In this document: one piece after another, positions 10,390-20,172 of the stretch
Numbering within the stretch: the first letter of the stretch is position 1
Layout: every line of letters begins with the position of its first letter
From: Verrucomicrobiota bacterium
GTDB taxonomy: Bacteria > Verrucomicrobiota > Verrucomicrobiia > Limisphaerales > JAEYXS01
Direction of reading: 5' to 3'
Assembly (NCBI GenBank): GCA_023431185.1
Contig: JAEYXS010000055.1
Span: forward strand, 3,973-67,972
Length of the DNA: 64,000 bases
The notes under the pieces: model-generated
Databases searched by the model: none
The model's input: the letters and a program-made list of their open reading frames with translations, nothing else
Told to the model about the DNA's origin: nothing
Position numbers and translations under genes: made by a program

Positions 10390-10618
10390 AATGAACCTTT
10401 TTGTTAATGTTCTGCCTCCACTATGCCAAGGGGGGTAGGACATCCGCTGTCCATGGCCCCCTTTTCTGGAAAATATTTCCATGTCACTTAACCATTTGCA
10501 AATCAGACAGATACACCTATAAACACCTCCAAAAATTAAAATCCTTGGAAAATAATTTGCGCCCATTCGCGAAATTAGCGTCACTCCCTTTTCCCTCCAC
10601 CTTTCGCGCCTTTAGCGG

Positions 10619-10658
10619 GCAAAAAAGAAACACGCCCGGCTCACTCAAACCAGGCGTG
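10619..10658 (-). terminator. Rho-independent terminator downstream of the prepilin-like gene
   Basis: Hairpin cacgcccgg...ccaggcgtg (10631-10658), followed on the minus strand by TTTCTTTTTT. Confidence 0.5.
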
Positions 10659-10701
10659 CTCTGCAACCAGACAAACCAACCCACTCACTAAAAACAATCG
10701 C

Positions 10702-11760
10702 TCAATCCTTCGCGAAGATCGTCCACATCCCCGTCTGCAATGCCAGGTTCACATTCGTGCTGCCCAGCGTCATCGCCGGATCCAGATGCTCCGCGTGACC
10801 GTCCACGAACACGTAGTTGTAACTCGCGTTGTGATGCGACTTAGGATCATTATACGTGTACGTGCCCAGATCATTGTAGCTGAAGTCCCGCACGTTGTTC
10901 GTCGTGCCCACCTCATGATGCTGGGTCGCGTTGTCGATCTTCGGGTAGCTGTAATGCCCCGCGATGTTGCCGATGTTGATGCGCTCCGAGGCCAAGATGG
11001 TGCTGTCGGGCGCCAGCACATGCCCCGTCATCACGAACGCCTGCCGCTGTGGCGGGATGGTGTCATTCGTGTTGAACGTGGAAGACACCGGCCCCGCGCT
11101 GTTATGCCCCCAGTACAGGCCTACCCCCGTCTTATCTGCCGGTGACACGCGCCAGAAGTTATGCAAGCCCTTGCCCGTCGTGCTCATGTTATGCGAAGCC
11201 ATCGAGTACGTGCGCCGCGTCCCGCTGGTCACCCAAGAGGCGAGCGGTGCCTTGTCCGAGGGACAGCGGAAGAGGCGCGCGACATTGGCCGCCGGTGTCT
11301 GGTTGGCCCGCTTCTCCGCGTCGGTCAAAGCCCCGCCCACGTAATCACTGATCAGATCGTCGAACGTGAATTCGCCGCCCGTGTTCAGCCCGCGCATCGC
11401 CGTGTAGGTGATCTTCTCCTTGTTATCGCTCACGTACATGGCCTCGCCCACGCCGATCTGCTTGAGATTGCTCAGGCACTTCGTCGTGTTCGCCTTCATG
11501 CGCGCCTTGGCCAATGCCGGCAGCAGCATGCCCGCCAGGATCGCGATGATCGCGATCACCACCAACAGCTCGATCAGCGTGAAGGCCCGCAGCCGTGATT
11601 GCGAACCCGCCCTGAAACAAGGCAGCGTGACAGCCAGAAACCCTCCTTCTCCCCCTGTGGGAAGCCGAACTTCGGCAGGGGAGAAGGATTGAGGATGAGG
11701 GGTGCCCCATGTCGTGATCGGCACCGTCCAGGAAATCTTCTTTCCAAAACAGATTTTCAT
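10702..11760 (-). CDS. Prepilin-type N-terminal cleavage/methylation domain protein, H-X9-DG (DUF1559) family
   Basis: Motifs [25 protein letters not shown] and, near the C-terminus, [18 protein letters not shown]. The start is uncertain because the only in-frame ATG lies upstream of an embedded REP copy. Confidence 0.8.
   Translation of the reverse strand: MKICFGKKISWTVPITTWGTPHPQSFSPAEVRLPTGGEGGFLAVTLPCFRAGSQSRLRAFTLIELLVVIAIIAILAGMLLPALAKARMKANTTKCLSNLKQIGVGEAMYVSDNKEKITYTAMRGLNTGGEFTFDDLISDYVGGALTDAEKRANQTPAANVARLFRCPSDKAPLASWVTSGTRRTYSMASHNMSTTGKGLHNFWRVSPADKTGVGLYWGHNSAGPVSSTFNTNDTIPPQRQAFVMTGHVLAPDSTILASERINIGNIAGHYSYPKIDNATQHHEVGTTNNVRDFSYNDLGTYTYNDPKSHHNASYNYVFVDGHAEHLDPAMTLGSTNVNLALQTGMWTIFAKD
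11645..11709 (+). repeat. REP-like element, second copy (hairpin + GATGAGGGGTGCCCCA)
   Basis: The sequence is ccttctccccctgtgggaagccgaacttcggcaggggagaaggattgaggatgaggggtgcccca. It has the same architecture as 3567-3616. Confidence 0.7.
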
Positions 11761-11773
11761 ACAATCACCTTTG

Positions 11774-12238
11774 TTAGTTGCTCGCCAAGGTCACTTGCAG
11801 CCGGTTGTCCCAGACATATTTCATGCCCGGGGGCGGGGCTGGCAACGTGGTGAGAAATTTTTCATCCACCAGGATCTTCAGATCCTTGATGCTGTTGGCG
11901 GGCACCATGCGGTCCGCCACGTAAGATTGCAGCGCGGCCGTGAGGGCATTCAGATCTGCCTCGCCGCGTTCGTTGGTGACGGCACCCAGACCGAATTCCT
12001 GGCTGCCAGTACGTGTCGGCACTGCCTGGACAGCGCCGGATTCCGCGCCGGAAAGATCCGGCGGTGGGAGGACCATGGCTGAGTTCGAAGACGGCTTGAT
12101 CAAGGTATTGAAGGCCACTTCGAGACTCACGGGAGCCGGCGGGGGTGTCAGTTCAGACACAGCATCCGGTTCGCTGCTGCATCCGATGGTCAGGCTTATC
12201 AGTAGAACGCCCGGCACAACTTTATAGGACGTTTTCAT
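11774..12238 (-). CDS. Hypothetical lipoprotein
   Basis: A lipobox signal [20 protein letters not shown]. The stop lies 14 nt upstream of the prepilin-like ORF, so the two are a probable operon. Confidence 0.6.
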   Translation of the reverse strand: MKTSYKVVPGVLLISLTIGCSSEPDAVSELTPPPAPVSLEVAFNTLIKPSSNSAMVLPPPDLSGAESGAVQAVPTRTGSQEFGLGAVTNERGEADLNALTAALQSYVADRMVPANSIKDLKILVDEKFLTTLPAPPPGMKYVWDNRLQVTLASN

Positions 12239-12554
12239 ACAATATATGGTGGAACTATTGTCCCGCCGGGTGAATTAGCACCCGCCATGCCACAGCATGT
12301 AACCCTGTATTTAAAGCCGACTTAATGGCTCTTTTTTGCTCTCGACGGAAAAACTGACCAAGAAAGACCATTCCTCTTGAGCGAATTGCTGCAACCGGAA
12401 GCATATCCCTCGTCTGGCTTGGACATGAATGGATTGCTTGCTTCCCTATCCTCAGTTGATTATCAGTACTCCCACCTCAAGCCCGCCATCTAGTAAATCC
12501 TCCCGTGTTCTCCCTGCCTCCGTGGTTCTATGACGGAACACTTAATAATTCTCG

Positions 12555-12707
12555 TTACGTATTACGCATCACGCATTGCGCCGCTCATCCTGTCCATCTT
12601 GTAAATCCTGTCCCGAATTCCATTTCAAAAAATCCTGCCTGTGCAACTGGCTTCAATGTTTTCCTGTCCCCATCCGTGTATATCTGTGTTGATCTGTGGT
12701 TGAAAAA
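12555..12707 (+). repeat. Three consecutive short tandem-repeat arrays in one intergenic region
   Basis: Positions 12555-12582 hold four heptamers (ttacgta ttacgca tcacgca ttgcgcc). Positions 12586-12612 hold three nonamers (catcctgtc catcttgta aatcctgtc). Positions 12671-12707 hold an ATCYGTG array ending ctgtggttgaaaaa. Confidence 0.75.
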
Positions 12708-12748
12708 TTCCCCTCCCTTCTCATCCGATTTTTTCTTACCGTTGCTGC

Positions 12749-13534
12749 ATGTCACGCCTCGCCAACAAATGGGTTCTCATCACCGGCGCCTCCAGCGGCT
12801 TCGGTGCCGCCACCGCCAAAGCCTTCGCCGCGGAAGGCAGCAACGTCCTCCTTGGCGCCCGCCGCGTCGATCGCTTGGAAGAAGTCGCCGCCGAATGCCG
12901 CAAAGCAGGAGCGCCGAATGCCCTCGTCCACCCGCTCGACGTCATCAGCACCGATAGCGTGAACACCTTCGTGGCGTGGGCCAAATCGCACACCCCGCAC
13001 ATCGACATCCTCATCAACAACGCCGGCGGCGCGAAAGGCGCGGACACCGTGGCCGAGGGCAAGGACGCCGATTGGGAGTTCATGATGGAAACCAACGTCC
13101 TCGGCCTCCTCCGCATGACCCGCGCCGTGCTGCCCCTCATGCCCCATCACGCTGGCGCATACATCTTGAACATCGGCTCCATCGCCGGCCGCGTCGCCTA
13201 TGAAGGCGGTTCCGCCTATTGCGGTGCCAAAGCCGCCGAACTCTCCATCACCCGTTCCCTGCGACTCGAACTCAACGGCACCGGCATCCGCGTTGGCAGC
13301 ATCGATCCCGGCATCGCCGAGACCGAGTTCGCCCTCGTCCGCTTCAGCGGCGACACTGCCAAAGCCAAGAAAGTCTATGAGGGCACCGAACCCCTCGTCG
13401 CCGAAGACATCGCGGAAACACTCGTCTGGTGCGCCAGCCGTCCGCCTCACGTATGCATCGATGAAGTGCTCATCAAATGCACCGACCAGGCTGCCATCCA
13501 CAAGATCTACCGCCGCCCCAGTCCGGCCAAGTAG
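12749..13534 (+). CDS. SDR-family NAD(P)-dependent oxidoreductase (YdfG-like)
   Basis: Motifs VLITGASSGFGAATAKAF (TGxxxGxG), NNAG and YCGAKAA (YxxxK). Confidence 0.85.
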   Translation: MSRLANKWVLITGASSGFGAATAKAFAAEGSNVLLGARRVDRLEEVAAECRKAGAPNALVHPLDVISTDSVNTFVAWAKSHTPHIDILINNAGGAKGADTVAEGKDADWEFMMETNVLGLLRMTRAVLPLMPHHAGAYILNIGSIAGRVAYEGGSAYCGAKAAELSITRSLRLELNGTGIRVGSIDPGIAETEFALVRFSGDTAKAKKVYEGTEPLVAEDIAETLVWCASRPPHVCIDEVLIKCTDQAAIHKIYRRPSPAK

Positions 13535-13672
13535 GTGAAGTTTTCCAAAACTTTTTTCCGTTTCATACGTTTAACCCTATGAAACACCGGCCAGCTTGCC
13601 AACAAAACCAGCCCTCCGGGGCATGGTTGCAGGTCACCGGAAGTTTCAAGAAAATCGATCGAAAGTATCGTT

Positions 13673-13966
13673 ATGAAGCATATCGTCATCACCACCGCGC
13701 TGGCCTTTGTGCTGGTCGGCTCTCTCACCACCTCCGCCCAGGCCCAGGAAGAAAAGAAAAAGAAGGAACGTCCGCCCATGACGGAAGAGCAAAAAGCCCT
13801 CATGAAGCAGATGACCGAGAAGTACGACGCGAACAAAGATGGTCGTATCGACCAGGATGAGCGCGCCAAGATCAGCCAGGAAGATAAGGACAAGATGGCC
13901 AAGGCCGGCCTCGGTGGCCGCGGCCCTGGTGGCAAAGGAAAGGGCGACGAAAAGAAGAAGGAATAA
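13673..13966 (+). CDS. Small secreted protein with an EF-hand-like Ca-binding loop
   Basis: A signal peptide MKHIVITTALAFVLVGSLTTSAQA, a DANKDGRIDQDE loop and a Lys/Gly-rich tail. Confidence 0.6.
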   Translation: MKHIVITTALAFVLVGSLTTSAQAQEEKKKKERPPMTEEQKALMKQMTEKYDANKDGRIDQDERAKISQEDKDKMAKAGLGGRGPGGKGKGDEKKKE

Positions 13967-14012
13967 CCACCTTAAACTGACCACCGCTACAGCAAGCGGC
14001 CTCCGATATTTA

Positions 14013-14050
14013 CCCCGCTGGCGCGCAAGCCCAGCGGGTTTTCGTTTTCA
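14013..14050 (+). terminator. Rho-independent terminator
   Basis: Stem cccgctgg/ccagcggg followed by TTTTCGTTTTC. Confidence 0.55.
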
Positions 14051-14082
14051 CAATCATCGATATGCCGCCACTCCTCCTGTCC

Positions 14083-14150
14083 CCCTCTGTGTTCTTCAGT
14101 GTTCCATCTGTGGCTAATAACTCCGTTGACTGCCCGCCGGTGCAACCGGC
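14083..14150 (+). repeat. ATCTGTG-type array (copy c) followed by the GCCCGCCGGTGCAACCGGC hairpin (copy 2)
   Basis: The array is ccctctgtgttcttcagtgttccatctgtggctaataac (14083-14121). The hairpin lies at 14132-14150 and abuts the TAG stop of the minus-strand gene. Confidence 0.7.
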
Positions 14151-15325
14151 TACTTCCTCTTTATCCGCTTCCCCAGCGCCTCGCTCAGCACCTTCTTCTT
14201 CTCTTCCTTGATCGCCCGCGTCACTGCCTGACGCTGCTCCGGCGTGTAATCCGGATTCGCCATCGCCTTGGCCAATTCCGCTTCCGTGGTCTGGTTGATT
14301 TGTGCGATCAGCCTCGTATCCTCAGCGTTCAGCTCCAGCTTCTCCGCCATCTTCAACGCATCGCGATATGCCGGATCTTGTATCTTCTGAAAATCCGCCC
14401 ACCGCTCCGCCGCGATCACTCCGTTCATATCCCCCAGCAACGCAAGATCCTTTTCCAGCGAAAACTTCTGCCCGTTGGCCGCTGCCTGTTCCTCGGCCGC
14501 CTTCAGTTTCTGATACAATGCCCGGAACTCCTGCTCGTTCGGCTCGAACCACGCCAGTTCGTTCCGCATCTTGTTCGCCAGCCCGGAAGTCCGCAATTCA
14601 TACTCCAGCAACTCGCTCCCGTTCAGCACCCCCGCCAGCTCCATCTCATGCTGTTTGCGCAGGGCCGCCGCCTTCTGGTTCATCTCCTCTTTGGTCAGGT
14701 TCGCCGCCTTGCCTTCCTCGGCCAGCTTGCGGAACTCATCCTTGTACTTGCTATCCACCTCCTTCACCAGCGCCTGCTTCTCCTCGCTCAAGAAGGCCAG
14801 CCGCGCATCGCGTCCCACCCGTTCCTGATCCCACGAATACTTCGCCAGCTCGGACTTCAGATCAATGTTGAGCAAAGACCGGATCAAGTCATCCCGCTCC
14901 TTTTCCAAGGCCCGCCGGTCCTCCGATTTGCGCTCGTCCTTCTTGTCCTTCTTGCCTTCCGGCTCCCAATACTTCCACTGTTGCTCCACCGGATGCAGCG
15001 CCTTCCACTTCGCCGCGTACAGCTTGTTCACATCCGCGATGATCAGATCGCGGATGGTCTCTTCCGGGCAACCCGCCGCCCGCAAGTTCGCGATATATCT
15101 GATGTAATCCTCCGACTCAATAGTCCGCCAGTCCAGCTTGGCATACTGCGTGACCACCTCCGTCTCCCCGGGCACCACCACCGTCTCCGTCCGCGTCTTG
15201 ACGATGGTCTTGGGCACCGGGGCCTCCACCTTGACCGGCGCCGGCACCGCCGGGCGGTTCAATACTACCACCGCCAACGCCGCATTCACCACCAGCGAAC
15301 CCAGCAAAATGCCCGTCTTATTCAT
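14150..15325 (-). CDS. Membrane-anchored hypothetical protein, charged/coiled-coil rich
   Basis: An N-terminal TM helix MNKTGILLGSLVVNAALAVVVL followed by a long Lys/Glu-rich helical region. The family was not recognised. Confidence 0.6.
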   Translation of the reverse strand: MNKTGILLGSLVVNAALAVVVLNRPAVPAPVKVEAPVPKTIVKTRTETVVVPGETEVVTQYAKLDWRTIESEDYIRYIANLRAAGCPEETIRDLIIADVNKLYAAKWKALHPVEQQWKYWEPEGKKDKKDERKSEDRRALEKERDDLIRSLLNIDLKSELAKYSWDQERVGRDARLAFLSEEKQALVKEVDSKYKDEFRKLAEEGKAANLTKEEMNQKAAALRKQHEMELAGVLNGSELLEYELRTSGLANKMRNELAWFEPNEQEFRALYQKLKAAEEQAAANGQKFSLEKDLALLGDMNGVIAAERWADFQKIQDPAYRDALKMAEKLELNAEDTRLIAQINQTTEAELAKAMANPDYTPEQRQAVTRAIKEEKKKVLSEALGKRIKRK

Positions 15326-15412
15326 GTTTCAGGGACAACCACAGATTATCCACTATTAAGACGCCATTCCGCTAAAAAACGTTACGCCAAATCCGATTCC
15401 CCCTCCCATTTC

Positions 15413-15450
15413 CCCATCCATGTGATCTGTGCTTAATCTGTGGCTAAAAC
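15413..15450 (+). repeat. ATCTGTG-type array (copy d)
   Basis: The sequence is cccatccatgtgatctgtgcttaatctgtggctaaaac, immediately after the nanA-like stop. Confidence 0.7.
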
Positions 15451-16353
15451 TCACTTCCCAAACCCGACCTTCTCCAGATCCTCCGCCAACGCCTTCTCCT
15501 GCACCGGCGTCAAAGACCGCAGCGGCAACCGCACCGCCCCGCAATCCAGCCCCAACAGCTTCATGATCGCCTTGCCCGCCGGCAACCCGCCATGCCGGAT
15601 CATCACTCCAATGATATCATTCGCCTTCGCCTGTTCCGCTTCCGCCTTCGTCAGATCGCCCTGCCGATACGCCTCCAGCAACCGGTTAAAGATCGGCGCG
15701 ATATAATTGTAAGTGCTTCCCACCGCGCCCTTCGCGCCTACCACTAAGCTGCCCAGCAACATCTCGTCGCGCCCGAACAGCACATCGAAACGCCCATTCT
15801 CCACCCGCACCGCATTCGCATAATCCATCAGGCTCTCATGCGTGAACTTGATCCCCGCAAGATTCGGGATGCGATCCTTAGCCGCTAGCAGGAAATCCGG
15901 CACCGGCAAACTCACTCCGGTCATGGACGGAATGTGATAATAATAGAACGGCAGATCCGGTGCCGCTGCCGCCACCATCGCACACGTATCCACTAGGTCG
16001 CGGATGTTCCCCGGCTTGAAAAAACTCGGTGACGTCAACGAGGTCGCCGCCGCGCCCATCTCCTGCGCGTGCTCCGCCAGCGCACATGAATCCGCCAGGC
16101 AGTTGTGCCCCGTATGCACGATCACCCTCACCGATGACGCTACCGATCTCACCCACTTCTCCGCCACCTGCTTACGCTCATCCACACTCAGCGACGGTCC
16201 TTCACCGGTCGTCCCGCAAACAAACGCTCCCGCCACCCCGTTCTCGGCCAGATGCCCCGCATAACGCGGAATCAACTCCAGATGCAAAGAACCATCTTCA
16301 TTGAACGGTGTAAAAGGAGCCGCCACCAACCCACGCAATCTCTCAAACTTCAT
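15451..16353 (-). CDS. nanA: DHDPS/NAL-family aldolase, probable N-acetylneuraminate lyase
   Basis: The motif GTTGEGPSLSVDERKQV and the Schiff-base Lys context LAGIKFTHESLMDY resemble NPL-type sialate lyases. The gene is adjacent to a Kelch (NanM-like)::symporter gene. Confidence 0.65.
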   Translation of the reverse strand: MKFERLRGLVAAPFTPFNEDGSLHLELIPRYAGHLAENGVAGAFVCGTTGEGPSLSVDERKQVAEKWVRSVASSVRVIVHTGHNCLADSCALAEHAQEMGAAATSLTSPSFFKPGNIRDLVDTCAMVAAAAPDLPFYYYHIPSMTGVSLPVPDFLLAAKDRIPNLAGIKFTHESLMDYANAVRVENGRFDVLFGRDEMLLGSLVVGAKGAVGSTYNYIAPIFNRLLEAYRQGDLTKAEAEQAKANDIIGVMIRHGGLPAGKAIMKLLGLDCGAVRLPLRSLTPVQEKALAEDLEKVGFGK

Positions 16354-16377
16354 AGTGTTACTTTCTGATAAAAATTC

Positions 16378-18957
16378 TCACGCCGCCTTCACCGTATGCC
16401 GCGTCAATCCCTCCAGCGGCTTGGCCCGCGCCGGGATGAGCAAACTTGCCACCCATCCCACCACAAAGCACGTCACCAGACCCACCGCCGCATACCAGTA
16501 AAACGGCAGCTTCGTATGCTGCTGCACCAGGTAGAGCACCACCGCACTCGTCACCGCCCCGGTCAATGCCCCCGGCCCGTTCGCCCGCTTGGTGAAAATG
16601 CCCAGCGCGAACAACCCCGCCAGCCCGCTGCCCGCCAGTCCGATCAACCCGTTGTAGGCATCCCAGAGCGACTTCGTATCCGACTGCGACAGAAACAATG
16701 CCGCCACCGTGGCGAACACGCCGAATGCCGCTGTCAGGATGCGCGCCAGCCGCAGCTCACCCGCTTCATCCGATTTCCCGCCGAAGCGTTTGTAAAAATC
16801 CGTCATGATCGCCGTCACCACACTGTTCAGGCTGCCCGACACCGTTGATTGCGCCGCCGCAAACACACCGGCGATCACCAATCCCGCCACGCCCATCGGC
16901 AAGTTCTGCATGATGAACGCCGGGAAGATGGCGTCCGTGGTTTGCGCCGGGTCCAGCTTCTCCGGATGTGACTTGAAATAGACGAACAAAGCGGTGCCGA
17001 TTGCGAAGAAGATCGCCGTAGAGGGGATCGCCAGGATTGCATTCGTCCAGATGGACTTCGCCGCCAATTTCTCATCCGATGTGGTCATGTACCGTTGCAC
17101 CACTGCCTGATCGCTCGTGTAAGGCACCAAGTTGATGAATGTATAACCGACGATGATCGCCCAGAACGCATCCGTGGTCGTCCGCGGATCGAGACCGAGA
17201 TTGAACATGTGAAACTTGTTGTCGCTCGCGGCCGTGGTCCAAAAACCGCTGAAACCTCCATCACCGCCAAAAACGATCAGCAGCAGGCTCACGATCGCCG
17301 CCCCTAGCAGAACGACTGTCTGCGCCACATCCGTCCACACCACCGCCTCCATGCCGCCCATCACCGTGTAGGCTACACAAAGCACCCCCATCAGGATGAT
17401 GCACGTCTGCACATTCAGATCACTCACCGTCGCTAGTGCCAATGAAGGGAGGAGGAGTACGATCGCCTGCCGTCCCACCTGAAACAAAATGAAGGCCACG
17501 CTACCATACATCCGTGCGGCCAGATTGAACCGTCGCTCCAGATATTCGTAAGCCGAGGTGATGTTCAATTGCCGGAAGAACGGCAGGTAGAACGCGACGA
17601 TGACCGGCACCAGCAGCAGGATCGGAAAATTAGCCCACGCGAAAACCCAGTCCGAAGAGTAAGCCTTGGCCGGGATGGCCATGAACGTGAGCGAGCTCAA
17701 CATCGTGGCATAGATGCTCAAACCGGCCGCCCACCAAGGGATGCGCCCGCTTGCCTTGAAGTAATCTTCCGTATTCTTGTTCTTCCGCGTGCAGAACCAC
17801 CCGATGCCCAGCATCGCCCCCAGATACCCGACCAATGTCGCATAGTTCACCGCCCCAAACGACGCCTTCCGCTGGATCACCTGTCCGCTCCACACCTCCG
17901 GCGAACGGAGGCCCGGCTGCTTCTCTCCGCTGACCACGATGAACTTTCCGCTCCATTCCACCACTGGCACCGTGACCTTCGAGAACGGCACCTCGCCCCG
18001 CGTCGTCCACGTATCTGTGATCGTGTGATAAGCGAGTACGTCGCGCGGAAACCCTTTGTGCTCGGTGGGTGCTACGCTGACCTGCGTCCCATCATCACCG
18101 CCCATCACCAGCAGATGCGCTTGCCCGATGGCTGGCGCGGGCGATGGAGCCGCCACCGAAACGCGCGGCAAATCTGCAATGCGTTTCCACCCCTTCCCCG
18201 GCGTGTAACGATACGCATCACGCAACCATTCCCGCGCTGGCTTCCCCTCCGCATCCGCCTTCAACCCTGCACCGCTTAAGAGAAAGAACGAGCCGTCCTG
18301 CACGCCTGCTGTCGCCAGCATTCGTCCTGAGCCCGGCAAAGGCTCCAACTCCTTCCACCCTGCGTCGAGCTTGGTCAGATCCAGTGCCCAGAGCGTATTC
18401 AGTGCTAGCGTAGAAGTCGGCGTCTCAATCCCACCCGCGATATAGATCGTGTTCTTGAGCAACGCCCCCGACATGTTCGCACATGCCTTGGGCAACGCGG
18501 GTAATGCCGTCGTCTTGAGCGTCCCATTCACCCATTCCAACCGGAACACTTCCGCGTGATGCCCGCCCGCATCACTCCCGCCGATGCAGATGATCCCCTC
18601 CTTCGTTGAGATGGTGACGCCATATCCCAACGGCCTCGGCAGCTTCCCGATGACCTTCCATTCACCATCCGGTTTCTCCAGCGCATACACCGTATCATAC
18701 CAGATTTTCGTACCACCTTCCCACGGCCGCTTGTCCGGAAAATTCGCCCCACCCGCCACGATCAAGGCGCCATTATGCACCCCTGCAAACACCGAGGCGA
18801 AGCCCTCCTTGTCCGGGAGATTCGGCAGCTTGCTCCACGCCAGCACATCATTCGTTCCTTCCGCATGGAGAGTTGAAGAACTGCCCGTCAGGATGGCCAT
18901 AAAAATCAGCAGTACACAGGCCGCCCGTCGCCATAGTGAAAAACCCGCACGCGCCAC
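16378..18957 (-). CDS. Fusion protein: periplasmic Kelch-repeat (NanM-like mutarotase) domain + sodium:solute symporter (SSS) domain
   Basis: The N-terminal ~380 aa have Kelch-like blades (GGANFPDKRPWEGGTKIWYD, IYIAGG, FFLLSGAG). The C-terminal ~490 aa are typical SSS (EDYFKASGRIPWWAAGLSIYATMLSSLTFMAIPAKAY) with multiple TM helices. The start was set at GTG 18957, giving the signal peptide MARAGFSLWRRAACVLLIFMAILTGSSSTLHA. The ORF itself extends to 19035. Confidence 0.75.
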   Translation of the reverse strand: MARAGFSLWRRAACVLLIFMAILTGSSSTLHAEGTNDVLAWSKLPNLPDKEGFASVFAGVHNGALIVAGGANFPDKRPWEGGTKIWYDTVYALEKPDGEWKVIGKLPRPLGYGVTISTKEGIICIGGSDAGGHHAEVFRLEWVNGTLKTTALPALPKACANMSGALLKNTIYIAGGIETPTSTLALNTLWALDLTKLDAGWKELEPLPGSGRMLATAGVQDGSFFLLSGAGLKADAEGKPAREWLRDAYRYTPGKGWKRIADLPRVSVAAPSPAPAIGQAHLLVMGGDDGTQVSVAPTEHKGFPRDVLAYHTITDTWTTRGEVPFSKVTVPVVEWSGKFIVVSGEKQPGLRSPEVWSGQVIQRKASFGAVNYATLVGYLGAMLGIGWFCTRKNKNTEDYFKASGRIPWWAAGLSIYATMLSSLTFMAIPAKAYSSDWVFAWANFPILLLVPVIVAFYLPFFRQLNITSAYEYLERRFNLAARMYGSVAFILFQVGRQAIVLLLPSLALATVSDLNVQTCIILMGVLCVAYTVMGGMEAVVWTDVAQTVVLLGAAIVSLLLIVFGGDGGFSGFWTTAASDNKFHMFNLGLDPRTTTDAFWAIIVGYTFINLVPYTSDQAVVQRYMTTSDEKLAAKSIWTNAILAIPSTAIFFAIGTALFVYFKSHPEKLDPAQTTDAIFPAFIMQNLPMGVAGLVIAGVFAAAQSTVSGSLNSVVTAIMTDFYKRFGGKSDEAGELRLARILTAAFGVFATVAALFLSQSDTKSLWDAYNGLIGLAGSGLAGLFALGIFTKRANGPGALTGAVTSAVVLYLVQQHTKLPFYWYAAVGLVTCFVVGWVASLLIPARAKPLEGLTRHTVKAA

Positions 18958-19088
18958 CGCGCGCGTAGCAGAAATGATATGGCAGAAACAGTCCGTCACG
19001 TGATTTGCCCAACCTAATAACACAAACCCGTCCAAACGAGAACCAAAGACTGGTCAAATCATCTAACCAGATAACTTCTCCTCATTTT

Positions 19089-19126
19089 CCCATCTGTGTG
19101 ATCCGTGTTTAATCTGTGGCTATAAG
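19089..19126 (+). repeat. ATCTGTG-type array (copy e)
   Basis: The sequence is cccatctgtgtgatccgtgtttaatctgtggctataag. Confidence 0.7.
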
Positions 19127-19160
19127 AAAAAAACTGGCCGGAGTCCCCTCCGGCCAGTTT
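19121..19160 (-). terminator. Strong rho-independent terminator downstream of the DUF1080 gene
   Basis: A perfect 13-bp stem aaactggccggag/ctccggccagttt with a 4-nt loop. On the minus strand it is followed by TTTTTTTCTT. Confidence 0.75.
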
Positions 19161-19185
19161 CGCTCAAATCATGTACGTTCGCCAC

Positions 19186-19866
19186 TTACTCCAACGACTT
19201 GATCTTGATATTCCGATACCACACCGGCGCCTGCGCCTTGCCGTGCAGTCCTTGGAAACCGATTGGTCCCTTGCGCGCAAAATCCTTGAGGGCCTTCGGG
19301 AACTTGTTCGGCGTGCCATCCGGGTTCTTCTTCACTTCCGGCCAGTTATCCAGGTTTGCATCGATGATCGTCTCGCCATTAAGCACCACCGTCACCTTGC
19401 TGCCCTTGCACGTGATCGTATAGCGGTTCCATTCACCCACCGGTTTCGCCGCGCTCTTGGACGGCGGCATCGCATCATAGAGCGCGCCCACCATGCCATA
19501 CTTGGAGCCATCCGCACCCGCATGCACCTGGATCTCCAGCGCCGCCAGCACATTCTTCGTATCCCCCGAGCGCAGGAATACGCCACTGTTCGCTTCCTCC
19601 GCCACCTTGAATTCCAGATCGAGAATGAAATCGCCGTAGGAATCCTTCGTCCACAGCGTGTTATGATGCTTCGCCACCAGCACACCATTCTCCACCATCC
19701 AATGCTCGCCACCCACGGCATTGGAGAGGTCGGACTTCAAAAGGTCCTGCCACTTGGCGGTGTCCGGATGCCCCTTGGCATCGGCGGCTGGCAACGATGA
19801 GGTGAAAACGAGTGCCAGCCCCAACAAAACCGGGGCCAGAGCGTTCTTAAAGAGAATGCGGATCAT
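19186..19866 (-). CDS. DUF1080 (3-keto-disaccharide hydrolase-like) secreted protein
   Basis: A signal peptide, then W.VENGVLVA, YGDFILDLEFKVAEEANSGVFLRS, and the C-terminal GPIGFQGLHGKAQAPVWYRNIKIKSL. Confidence 0.8.
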   Translation of the reverse strand: MIRILFKNALAPVLLGLALVFTSSLPAADAKGHPDTAKWQDLLKSDLSNAVGGEHWMVENGVLVAKHHNTLWTKDSYGDFILDLEFKVAEEANSGVFLRSGDTKNVLAALEIQVHAGADGSKYGMVGALYDAMPPSKSAAKPVGEWNRYTITCKGSKVTVVLNGETIIDANLDNWPEVKKNPDGTPNKFPKALKDFARKGPIGFQGLHGKAQAPVWYRNIKIKSLE

Positions 19867-20172
19867 GTACTGAGACTCGCATGTTCCCGCCCGCCCTCAA
19901 GCGGAAAATAGGCACGCATTCCCTCGGCAACACAGGTGTCCCTTCGCACCTCAACCGTATTTTTTGGCTCACGCCGTTTGCGGCATCTCCCCCCTCTTTC
20001 ATATTGCACTTCATCTTACTGGTTCGTGCGCGTTCAGCAGGAAAATGGGGCCACCGTCAGATGTGTTGGCGCGAGTCCGTCTCTCAACCGGATTCATCCT
20101 GCCATAAGATTTCAGTATCCTCCCGCTTGTGCGTTTGCCCAACTGTGGCACTCTTTCCCCGGAGAACTTGTT

